A DNA stretch of 52,102 nucleotides from Rickettsiales bacterium (lineage in GTDB: Bacteria > Pseudomonadota > Alphaproteobacteria > Rs-D84), in assembly GCA_031288835.1 (NCBI GenBank), contig JAITQO010000016.1, positions 74,167 to 126,268 on the forward strand, in the 5' to 3' direction. Below, piece after piece: positions 6,610-15,061 of the stretch; the stretch's first letter is position 1; each line of letters begins with the position of its first letter. The translations under genes were made by a program, and so were the position numbers. The notes under the pieces were generated by a model. The model was not told the origin of the DNA, searched no databases, and saw only the letters and a list, made by a program, of their open reading frames with translations.

Positions 6610-9411
6610 ATGAAAACAATGTTCGAGGTAATCAAAAGACAAAACGGCGAGAGGTTCGCCAAAATGATACGCGGCTATGACAACGGCATATTCGAAGTTC
6701 CGGACATAGATAAAATCGTCGAGTTCGCGGGAAGGGACGCCGAACCGCTTCTGCCCTATCTGCAATCATTGAAAGATATCAGAATCAATGCCGAGAAAGT
6801 TTCAATATCCCCGTTTGAGCTGTTGGAACAGGCCGGATATCATGCGGAATACGCCGACACCTTGGAAAAGCAAAACAGCATTGCCAAATACTTCCAAAAC
6901 GGGGAGCGGCTTTGCACGTTCCGCGACGACAGCCGATATCAAAGGTATTATATAATCAATGCGGTCAGGCATGATATCGACAAAATAATTCGCGAGGATT
7001 TTCCTAGTCCGATGCGAGAGGACCAATACGGCACGTCCGTAATGTCCATTCAGATTTTGAAGAAAGGCGGCTTCATATCCATCAAGAACCGATATAATCA
7101 TACCGTCAATAATCCCGACAATACGTATTCCAGCAATCCAGACAATATAATCTACGGACTGTCGGCTTCAATCCAGCAATATTTCAACGTGGATTTTTCC
7201 AGTATGAAAATCAGTCCGCCGAACGGCTGGTTCCTGGCGGGCAATAAGTTGCTGAAATACAATTATGAAATAAACAACGTTTATTTCGGCGATGATTTTT
7301 ATTACGGAAACGGAGAGATTAAAAGGCTTGATAGCGGCAGGGAAATAATGCTGGATTATTTCATATTCGATATGAAAACCCGTGAACTTAAAAACCCCGC
7401 CGAGTTGAAGGATGGATTTGTCGACGCCTTCTTGCAAGAAATCGAAGGCAAAAAAATCCAGATTGAAAATACCAAGGAAGGAAACAGGCGGCTTGTCATC
7501 GAAGGCGGTGGGTATGCCGAAACGAGCGGCGGTAAAATCGTATCCCTGTTCATGCCGTCGGTCGGGCGCATCGGCGACAACTTCCTTTGCAAAAATAAAT
7601 CGGCAAAAGAAATCTCGCTGCCGGGGACGCGGTCGGTCGGCTGGAGATTTTTTGACTCATATGATAGCTCATTGATGTCTTTGCTTGGAGATTACCATGT
7701 GATAAAATCACTACTATCCGTTATTCTCCACAAATACAAGATAGGCGATGTTTCTGAGAAAATTCTTGCCGAACATCCGGACCTTTATTCCGTTTATTTA
7801 GAACACAAGCCGGATTTTGAAAACGTGCCGCGGGAATATTGGACTCCGGAATTGGTGCAAAAGTATACATGGGAAAATATAGAGCGTTTTGATACATCGG
7901 TTGAAAATCCCAGTATCATACAGATATTGAGATATTATCCGCAGTTGATACCGTCGTATGTGAAAGAAAAAGGGTTGTCTTTGTTGGTTAAAAGAAAGCT
8001 GGCGGACATAGATTATGACCTAGCCAAACTCGGATTGTCCGCCGGACTATGGAATCTGCGATATGTGCCATCTGAATTAATGGACAAACATCCCGATTTG
8101 TGGAGCGTTTGCGCGGCGAACTTCAGGAATGGCGCCCATGACCTGCCGTTTAATGAATACTGTTATGACGAAGAAAAATATGCATCGCCTGAAGAACAAA
8201 ACAAGCCTGTGCTTGAAAAACTGGTTGAGAACGCGGACGATATGGATATGTTGAACAATATATTATTCAAAAACGTCTCAACATACCCGGGATTGCATGA
8301 TATGGCGCAGAAAAAATATCTGGCGCTGATGGATGCGTGGGCTGAAAAAATACGCGGCTTGGACGAAAACCAGGCGGGAGAGGAAAAAAAGCGCTTTGGC
8401 TGGGCGATTGATAGATTACCAGCCGGATTCGGATGGGAGCGTGACGCATATGATTTTGATTGGGAAATAATGAAAAAAGCGATTCATCTGGACGATGTGA
8501 TAAAACCATATTTTTACAGTTCCGTAGCCGGAAAGATTGCCGAATATCACGCGGATGACATGCGGGTCATGACGGAAATACTTGAAACCCATCCGGAACT
8601 CGGCGACACAATTATGAATAATATCAAAGATGATACATGGGCGTTCATTGCTCCGAAACAGTTAAAAATTTTGTTGTCAGACAATTGTAGCGAATATACT
8701 CTTAGAAATGTTCTTGAGAAGATTCAGGATAAATACAAGATTGATGAACTTTACGATGTCGTGGTCAAAAATAATCCCAAACTGGCATACAAATGTTTCC
8801 CAAAGAGCATGCATACGATTGATATGTATATGAACAAGGATTTTCATGATTATGACGGAGAATTGCTGAAAGATTTTCTGGAAGGCCTACCGGATGAGAA
8901 AAGGGCGGCGGCGTTCGCCAAGGTCGTTAACAACATAGACATGCTGCATTCAAGACATGTGTTAGAATTCAAGATAATCAATATGGCACCGAACGACACT
9001 CTTGCGCTGCATGCTGCGAAAAAACTGGCCGCGACGGGGAGGATGGGACATTATTGCTATGAAAGGATAAAGTCCGAAAATGTCAGAAAAGACAAACAGA
9101 TTTTGGATGCTGCCTTGGCCGATTGGTATAAAACGGATTATTCCGTGACCAATAATGTGATAAAAAAGTTTATCAATTCCATACCGGCCGATATTCGCGG
9201 GAAAATACCGTCTGAAATAAAAAAGGACAATAATCGGAAAATAATAGAAAATTTAAAAAAGATGCCGGCATACATTGCGGAAAATATCAGGAAAAAGGCC
9301 GATAAGATTAAAAAAGACATGCTCGCCAACGCCAAAGAGCGGCTGAAGCATGGTGCGGAGAATCGCGCCGCCCGAAAAATCCCGCCGCATGACGCGGGCG
9401 GAAGAGAATAA
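6610..9411 (+). CDS. Large (about 933 aa) repeat-rich hypothetical protein, effector-like
   Basis: The track ORF 6214..9411 has no credible start upstream, and that part overlaps L5 in antisense. The first ATG with a promoter is at 6610 (MKTMFEVIKRQNGERF). The C-terminal half carries recurring helical modules containing HPDL/HPEL/NPKL (HPDLYSVYLEH, HPDLWSVCAAN, HPELGDTIMNN, NPKLAYKCF). There is a K-rich tail and no signal peptide. Confidence 0.65.
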   Translation: MKTMFEVIKRQNGERFAKMIRGYDNGIFEVPDIDKIVEFAGRDAEPLLPYLQSLKDIRINAEKVSISPFELLEQAGYHAEYADTLEKQNSIAKYFQNGERLCTFRDDSRYQRYYIINAVRHDIDKIIREDFPSPMREDQYGTSVMSIQILKKGGFISIKNRYNHTVNNPDNTYSSNPDNIIYGLSASIQQYFNVDFSSMKISPPNGWFLAGNKLLKYNYEINNVYFGDDFYYGNGEIKRLDSGREIMLDYFIFDMKTRELKNPAELKDGFVDAFLQEIEGKKIQIENTKEGNRRLVIEGGGYAETSGGKIVSLFMPSVGRIGDNFLCKNKSAKEISLPGTRSVGWRFFDSYDSSLMSLLGDYHVIKSLLSVILHKYKIGDVSEKILAEHPDLYSVYLEHKPDFENVPREYWTPELVQKYTWENIERFDTSVENPSIIQILRYYPQLIPSYVKEKGLSLLVKRKLADIDYDLAKLGLSAGLWNLRYVPSELMDKHPDLWSVCAANFRNGAHDLPFNEYCYDEEKYASPEEQNKPVLEKLVENADDMDMLNNILFKNVSTYPGLHDMAQKKYLALMDAWAEKIRGLDENQAGEEKKRFGWAIDRLPAGFGWERDAYDFDWEIMKKAIHLDDVIKPYFYSSVAGKIAEYHADDMRVMTEILETHPELGDTIMNNIKDDTWAFIAPKQLKILLSDNCSEYTLRNVLEKIQDKYKIDELYDVVVKNNPKLAYKCFPKSMHTIDMYMNKDFHDYDGELLKDFLEGLPDEKRAAAFAKVVNNIDMLHSRHVLEFKIINMAPNDTLALHAAKKLAATGRMGHYCYERIKSENVRKDKQILDAALADWYKTDYSVTNNVIKKFINSIPADIRGKIPSEIKKDNNRKIIENLKKMPAYIAENIRKKADKIKKDMLANAKERLKHGAENRAARKIPPHDAGGRE

Positions 9412-9449
9412 TGCCTTCACGCGGGTTGCCGTTTCGCTGATTTTTTCCA

Positions 9450-9526
9450 TGGTGGGTCGGCAGGGACTCGAACCCCGGACCAAAGCGTTATGAGCGCTCC
9501 GCTCTAACCAACTGAGCTACCGACCC
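9450..9526 (-). tRNA. tRNA-Met (anticodon CAT; elongator Met or lysidine-modified Ile2 cannot be told apart here)
   Basis: Reverse strand acceptor GGGTCGG/CCGACCC, anticodon loop CTCATAA, T arm CGGGG-TTCGAGT-CCCTG, CCA encoded. The paired 1-72 position argues against an initiator. Confidence 0.85.
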
Positions 9527-9573
9527 GCAGCGCGCCTATAATACCCGAGCATTTGTGAAAAATCAACATATTT

Positions 9574-10254
9574 TTATCTATGTTTCGCCGCTTTGACGAA
9601 TGCATTGAATATCGCCGCCTGCCGTTCGTCTTTTTCGGCCAGTTTTTCCGGATGCCATTGCACGCCTAGGACAAAGTCCGCCCACGGCGACCGCGGCTCG
9701 ATTGCTTCGATTATTCCGTCGTCCGATATTGCCGCCGTGCCGAACTTGCCGACGGCGGCCACGAATTCGTTATGGCTGGAATTGACCATGATGGAATGCG
9801 CGGCCACGATTTTCATCAAGAGAGAATCCGGACATATTGCCACGTTATGCGCGTATTCGTCCTCGACTCGATGCCCTTTTGCGGGGTTGCCGATTTTGCC
9901 GCCGAGGTACCCGGCCATGGCCTGCATTCCCGCGCATATGCCCAAAAGGGGAATGTGGTGCGCCACACTATAGTTTATCATCTCGCGATATGCATCGAAC
10001 CTAATCCCCGCCTTGCCCGGATAGAACGGTTTGTCGATGTAATATTCGTCCGGAAACGGAAAATCTCCGCCCGGCAGAATCAGGCCGCGCGGATTTACGG
10101 CCGCAAGCTGCATATCTATCAATTCCGGGGTCAAATGCACCGGTATTCCGCCCGCCGCGATGACGTATTTCGAATAGCATTCGTCCACGCGGGTATAGTT
10201 GCCGTCTTTCTCGGCCAAAAGAATCACGATTTTAGGTAGAGACTTGCCCGCCAT
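9574..10254 (-). CDS. Class I glutamine amidotransferase / peptidase C26 (gamma-glutamyl hydrolase, PuuD-like)
   Basis: LLGICAGMQAM nucleophile elbow and GVQWHPE motif. Start taken at MAGKSLPK (10254), 2 nt after the upstream stop. Confidence 0.8.
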   Translation of the reverse strand: MAGKSLPKIVILLAEKDGNYTRVDECYSKYVIAAGGIPVHLTPELIDMQLAAVNPRGLILPGGDFPFPDEYYIDKPFYPGKAGIRFDAYREMINYSVAHHIPLLGICAGMQAMAGYLGGKIGNPAKGHRVEDEYAHNVAICPDSLLMKIVAAHSIMVNSSHNEFVAAVGKFGTAAISDDGIIEAIEPRSPWADFVLGVQWHPEKLAEKDERQAAIFNAFVKAAKHR

Positions 10255-10255
10255 T

Positions 10256-11509
10256 TTATCTGCCTGTTTGCCGCGCCGCAATGGCCGCCAGTTTGTTTTT
10301 TATCTCTGAAAAAGCAATCAGATTGTTTTTGTCGAAGAATATGTCCGAACGCGCGAATTCTTCTTTTGACAATTCCTTCGGGTCATGAAAATGCACGCCT
10401 TTGAACAATATAATCTCCGTTCCTTTCTTTATTTCCCGATTATACGCGAGCGGATAAATCTGTTCGGCAAAGCCATCGCATTCTTTTTTGACCTGCGCGA
10501 CGTGCGCCTTTGACGCGCGTTTCGCCATATCGATTGTGATTATTGGAAATTGGCGGATATCCGTGCATTGAAAATGCCAGTTTTCGTCGTTTGTTCTGGT
10601 AAAGTTCGGAATCGAATCCGCCATTTTCACCAAATAATCCGTGTTCAAGACCGCGTTTTTAAGATATTCCGGCGCGTCGTCCGCCGCCTCCATATGCGTG
10701 GTGAACATCGGCTTTTTCTTTTTTAAAATTTCGTGCGCCAAAGGCTTTACTTTTTCGTTCAGCTTTTGCTCGATAAGCCCAATGGCGTCTTTTTCGGAGT
10801 CCTTCAATTGTTCCAGTTCCGTCCGCATGGACAAGACGAACGAATCGCTTATTTTGCCAAAGTCCCGGCCAATAAATTGAATATCCTGCCATATTTTGCG
10901 CGCCAGCCATTTCGGCTGGGTCAGGGGATTTCCGCGCCCGTCCATCGCCAGCATGTCCATTGCGCCGCCGACGGAATGCGGCGTCGGCCGCAGGTGTCGC
11001 GACAGCAGCAAGTCGTTCGCCAATTTGTTCGCCAACGCCCGCGCTTTTTCCACCGGTGTCCGCGCTTCGTCCTTGTTTGCACAGAACCGGAGATTGATGT
11101 CGCCGTCGTTGAAATCCAGTATGAAATCTTTGTCGGAAACCTCCCAGCGGAATTTTTCGTCGAACGGCGCCGAAAACAGCGTGCTTTCAGGATTTTTTAT
11201 CTTGTTCAGAATGAATTTCTCGATTTGAGTCTCTATGGGGCGCCACGCGTCGTTTATGCGGAACCGGATGCCAAGTTCGCGCCCGCGCCTGTTCAGGATG
11301 TTCGCGGCGACATACGCCTGCGGATTCAGCTGGTAGGTTTCTTTGTAAATTCCCATATCAAGATAATCTTTGGCATAGGAAGGTTCGTATTCAAACATAT
11401 CCAGGCCGTCCAGCGGAATCAAAACCTGATACTCCGGGCCGACGAAGCGCCGCATCGGGTCAATTCCGCGGTTCGTCAAATCGTTATAAATCTCTATCGA
11501 TTTTTTCAT
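10256..11509 (-). CDS. M15-like (VanX / D-Ala-D-Ala dipeptidase-like) metallopeptidase with a large insertion
   Basis: INDAWRP, PHSVGGAMDM (H..D metal ligands) and ENWHFQ (E.WH motif) are M15 signatures, but about 130 aa are inserted between them. Start at MKKSIEIY (11509), since the upstream ATG at 11539 lies inside a TATATAAT box. Confidence 0.6.
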   Translation of the reverse strand: MKKSIEIYNDLTNRGIDPMRRFVGPEYQVLIPLDGLDMFEYEPSYAKDYLDMGIYKETYQLNPQAYVAANILNRRGRELGIRFRINDAWRPIETQIEKFILNKIKNPESTLFSAPFDEKFRWEVSDKDFILDFNDGDINLRFCANKDEARTPVEKARALANKLANDLLLSRHLRPTPHSVGGAMDMLAMDGRGNPLTQPKWLARKIWQDIQFIGRDFGKISDSFVLSMRTELEQLKDSEKDAIGLIEQKLNEKVKPLAHEILKKKKPMFTTHMEAADDAPEYLKNAVLNTDYLVKMADSIPNFTRTNDENWHFQCTDIRQFPIITIDMAKRASKAHVAQVKKECDGFAEQIYPLAYNREIKKGTEIILFKGVHFHDPKELSKEEFARSDIFFDKNNLIAFSEIKNKLAAIAARQTGR

Positions 11510-11596
11510 GATAGAAAAATTATATATGAAAGTTCGCATTTGTCAACTTTTTTGTCGTTGCTTTCGACACCGGTTTGTATTACAGTTGCCAAGGCA

Positions 11597-12877
11597 ATGC
11601 CCGAACAGCCGGTAATTTTGAACGATTCTCAGTTAAAGGCGCTGGATTCGATTGAAAACGGCGGCGCGAACATGCTGATTTTGGGCTCGGCCGGAACCGG
11701 CAAGTCGACGTTCATAACGTATCTGAAAAACGCGTCGCATAAGAAAGTAATCTGCGCGTGCCCTACGGCGGTCTCGGCGCTGAATATCGGCGGGCAGACG
11801 ATTCATTCGATGTTTCAAATTGCGCCCAGGGACTTTATTTTTCCCGAATTTCTGAAATTAAAGTCGAAACCCAGGAACGTTCTGGCGACCGCGGATTTGC
11901 TGGTTATAGACGAAATTTCGATGGTATCGCCGGATTTGCTGGACGCGATGGATATATTATGCCGCCAGGCGCGCAAAAACGACGGGCCGTTCGGGGGGCT
12001 GCAGGTTTTGGCGATAGGCGACTTGTTCCAGCTGCCGCCGGTAATCAGCCGAGCCGCCGAGCCGTATTACGAGCAGGAATACGGCAGCAAGAACGCATAT
12101 TTTTTCGATTCCCACGTCTACAAGCGCGCGGTATTCTCGCACGCGTCGTTCGATTTTGTCTATCGCCAAAGCGACTCGGAATTGCTGGAGCATTTGACCG
12201 AGCTGCGCGGCGGGCATGCCGAAAACTCGCTTTCCTTTTTTAATTCGTTGAAGATAGAAGACGGAGAAAGGCTGAAAAATGCGGTTATAATCACGCCGTA
12301 TCGCCGCATTGCCGACGCGATAAACGGCGCCCGTTTGTCCGAAATCGACGCGCCCGAGGTTCTGTATCGCGGAAAAACCGAAGGGAATTTCGAGGGCAGG
12401 GACCTGCCGTCGCCCGAAGAATTGGTTCTGAAAGTCGGAACGCTGGTGGTATTCACGAAAAACGATTCCAAGCACCGCTGGCACAACGGCAGCATGGGGA
12501 TTGTGAAGGAGCTCGGGACGGCGATAAAGGTGAAGCTGCTCGGCGGGAATGAAATCGTGGAGGTAAAGCCCGAGAAATGGGAAAAAATGGAATATTCGCA
12601 TGACGAGCTTGGAAAACTGACGGAAAACGAGGTCGGGTCGTATACTCAGTTTCCGCTGATGCTGGGTTATGCGATGACAATCCACAAGGCGCAGGGCAAA
12701 ACCCTGGACGCGGTGATTGTGGACATCTCGCGCGGGGCGTTCGCGCACGGGCAAACATATGTCGCTCTGTCCAGGACGCGGAGCGCGCGCGACATGCACA
12801 TAGCGTCGGAGCTGCGCCCGCGCGATGTCATTTTCGACCAAAGGATTATCGATTTCTGCGGCTCCGCGCAGGCATAG
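11597..12877 (+). CDS. SF1B Pif1/RecD-family DNA helicase
   Basis: Walker A GSAGTGKST, LLVIDEISMV, GDLFQLPPV, MTIHKAQGKTLD and YVALSRTRS. The track ORF 10733..12877 is an artefactual upstream extension antisense to the M15 gene; the first sensible ATG is at 11597. Confidence 0.85.
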   Translation: MPEQPVILNDSQLKALDSIENGGANMLILGSAGTGKSTFITYLKNASHKKVICACPTAVSALNIGGQTIHSMFQIAPRDFIFPEFLKLKSKPRNVLATADLLVIDEISMVSPDLLDAMDILCRQARKNDGPFGGLQVLAIGDLFQLPPVISRAAEPYYEQEYGSKNAYFFDSHVYKRAVFSHASFDFVYRQSDSELLEHLTELRGGHAENSLSFFNSLKIEDGERLKNAVIITPYRRIADAINGARLSEIDAPEVLYRGKTEGNFEGRDLPSPEELVLKVGTLVVFTKNDSKHRWHNGSMGIVKELGTAIKVKLLGGNEIVEVKPEKWEKMEYSHDELGKLTENEVGSYTQFPLMLGYAMTIHKAQGKTLDAVIVDISRGAFAHGQTYVALSRTRSARDMHIASELRPRDVIFDQRIIDFCGSAQA

Positions 12878-13023
12878 GCGGACGGGAATCTTGCGCTTCG
12901 GCGACATTTTTGACCACATCCGCCCGCATTTTTTACGTTATGCCGCCTTGCATACGGCAATTACCAAGTATCTCTATGTTTTGCATAGAACGCGTGATTT
13001 TTATTGAAAATCTAAAATTTTGC

Positions 13024-13032
13024 TGGTATTAT
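13024..13032 (+). promoter_or_regulatory. Extended -10-like box (TGGTATTAT) for leader L2
   Basis: TGGTATTAT about 200 nt upstream of the PAP2 start. The analogous TATAAT boxes precede L3, L4 and L5. Confidence 0.4.
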
Positions 13033-13038
13033 CGTATT

Positions 13039-13234
13039 GTCTCTTGAAAACAGGGATTAAGGCATAGTTGGTGAGGTCGGCTTAGAACACCGAAACATTG
13101 CACTGATTCTATGTCCTGGCTCATGGTCAGGATGTCGCCATTCGCAAGACGGCGAGGTCATCAATGTTTGACTGTTCTAACTCCTGACCACCTCTAACTG
13201 GTGGTCTTTTCTTTTATGGAAAAAGGGGGAGAAA
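13039..13234 (+). promoter_or_regulatory. Structured 5' leader copy L2 (upstream of PAP2 phosphatase)
   Basis: P1 TCCTGGC-TCATG-GTCAGGA (13114-13132). P2 TCGCC-ATTCGCAAGAC-GGCGA (13135-13155). Duplicated arm TCCTGACC (13182-13189) overlaps terminator GACCACC-TCTAACT-GGTGGTC plus TTTTCTTTT (13186-13215). SD GGGGGAG follows. Confidence 0.75.
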
Positions 13235-13765
13235 ATGTCAAGACTTAGAACTCTTGGCGCGGTCTTTGTCTGTTCGGTGCTGATAACGGCGAACGAAGTT
13301 TTCGCCAAATCGGCCATTGGAAGGCTCGGCGACCTTACGCAGGTCATAATTCCCGCGTATGCGTTCGGAATGGCCATGAATGAGAAAGATTGGAATGGCG
13401 CCGGACAATTCATATATTCGTTTGGAATGACGGAAATAAGCGTCTTCGGATTGAAATCCATAGTGGATGAAAAAAGACCCGACGGCAGTGATAAGAATTC
13501 GTTTCCCAGCGGGCATGCCGCGGCCGCTTTCAGCGGCGCGACTTTCATTCATAAAAGATACGGAATTAAAAGGGCGATTCTTCCTTATCTGATGGCCGGG
13601 TTTACGGGGTATTCGAGAATATCCGCCGACAAGCATTATTTGCACGATGTGGTCGCCGGCGCGGTGATAAGTGGATTGTTTACTTGGATTTTTGTTGATA
13701 AATATGGCGTTCAGGTATCGGCGGGTCCAGAGTTTATAAAAGTTGGGTTCAGGACAGAGTTTTAA
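13235..13765 (+). CDS. PAP2-family phosphatase with signal peptide (paralogue 1)
   Basis: KRPDGSDKNSFPSGHAAAAF ... SRISADKHYLHDV gives the three PAP2 motifs (KxxxxxxRP, PSGH, SRxxxxxHxxxD). Only 176 aa, N-terminal signal peptide, C-terminal F. Confidence 0.85.
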   Translation: MSRLRTLGAVFVCSVLITANEVFAKSAIGRLGDLTQVIIPAYAFGMAMNEKDWNGAGQFIYSFGMTEISVFGLKSIVDEKRPDGSDKNSFPSGHAAAAFSGATFIHKRYGIKRAILPYLMAGFTGYSRISADKHYLHDVVAGAVISGLFTWIFVDKYGVQVSAGPEFIKVGFRTEF

Positions 13766-13894
13766 TATCTCCTTGAATTTCGCGGGTGGCTGCGTCCGGC
13801 GGCGAAAACAGACGCGAAAAAAAAGCGGCATACGCGGCATGCCGCGCGACGCATTGCACTTGAACTTATTTTATAATAATGTATAGTTGCAAGG

Positions 13895-15061
13895 ATGAAA
13901 AAAATTTGCATATTGGCTTTTGCCGCCTATCTGGCGATTTCGTCCTCGCGCGCGGCGTTTCAGGGTTCCGCGAAATCGTATTATTTGGTGGATTTTCAGT
14001 CCGGACAGGCGATTGCGTCGAAATCTCCGGATGACCTGATGCCGCCGTCCTCGATGCTGAAACTGATGACGGCGGAGCTCGCGTTCGGCGCGCTGAAATC
14101 CGGAAAATTGAAAATGAACGACAAACTGCCGGTATCGCGCGCCGCCGACTATAAGAACCCCGTGCTTGCGGGCGCGTCCAAAGTCTGCCTCGAGCAGGGG
14201 CAGACGATTACCGTCGAGGACGCGCTGGCCGGACTGATTGCGGTTTCGGGCGGCGACGCGGCGATTGTCCTGGCCGAAAAACTCGTGGGCACCGAGCGGC
14301 AGTTCGTGGAAATGATGACGCGGCGCGCGCGGGAAATCGGAATGGAATATACGTCGTTCGGAAACGCTAGCGGATTGCCGGACGCGGATAATCTCTCGAC
14401 GTCGCGGGAATTGATGATTCTGGCCGGGCATATTTTCAGGACGTATCCGGAGTATTTGCATTTCTTCAAGATTCGCCGGTTCGAATTCGTGAACCCGTTG
14501 TCCGATTTTTGCCGCAGCTGGGCGAAGTCGCACGCGATCAATTACAACAAACTGCTGTTCATAATGGGCGGCGCCGAGGGAATGAAAACCGGGCATACGT
14601 CTAAGGGCGGATACGGCGTCGTCGCGGCCGCAAGCCGCAGGGGGAGGCGGCTTATCGGCGTAATCAACGGCCTGCCCGCGAAGAACCACGACGCCTTGGC
14701 GGCCGAGGCGAAGCGCCTTTTGGAATACGGCTATGAAAACACTTTCAATCAGGAAATAAAATCGGAAATCGCCGTTCCCGTGTGGTATGGGGCGGAGGAA
14801 ACAGTCCGCGCGAAAACTAAACATCCGTTCTTCCTGACGTTCGAGAACGGGGCCAATCTGGGCGGATTGCGCGTGGTCGCGCTGGTTTCGGGCAAAATCG
14901 CCGCGCCCGTGAGAAAGGGCGGCGAAATCGGAACGGCGGTCGCGTATATGAACGGCGTGGAAATCAAATCAGAAAAACTATACGCGACGGAATCCGTGCC
15001 GAGGGTTCGCTTCTTTGGCCGCATGTTCAGGAACATAAAATATTTTCTGACGAGGAAATGA
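13895..15061 (+). CDS. D-alanyl-D-alanine carboxypeptidase (S11, PBP5/6 family)
   Basis: Signal peptide, SMLK (SxxK), VSGGD and KTGHT motifs. Confidence 0.88.
   Translation: MKKICILAFAAYLAISSSRAAFQGSAKSYYLVDFQSGQAIASKSPDDLMPPSSMLKLMTAELAFGALKSGKLKMNDKLPVSRAADYKNPVLAGASKVCLEQGQTITVEDALAGLIAVSGGDAAIVLAEKLVGTERQFVEMMTRRAREIGMEYTSFGNASGLPDADNLSTSRELMILAGHIFRTYPEYLHFFKIRRFEFVNPLSDFCRSWAKSHAINYNKLLFIMGGAEGMKTGHTSKGGYGVVAAASRRGRRLIGVINGLPAKNHDALAAEAKRLLEYGYENTFNQEIKSEIAVPVWYGAEETVRAKTKHPFFLTFENGANLGGLRVVALVSGKIAAPVRKGGEIGTAVAYMNGVEIKSEKLYATESVPRVRFFGRMFRNIKYFLTRK

Noticed and set aside
10733-11596. N-terminal 288 codons of the track ORF 10733..12877.
   Set aside because: This part is antisense to the M15-like peptidase gene and has no recognisable features. 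The helicase motifs begin only after the ATG at 11597.
13815-13845. Strong reverse-strand terminator-like hairpin GCGGCAT-GCCGCGT-ATGCCGC followed by T8, between the PAP2 gene and the carboxypeptidase gene.
   Set aside because: There is no reverse-strand gene upstream for it to terminate, and on the + strand it lacks a T tract. It may stop antisense or read-through transcription, but I cannot support a specific role.
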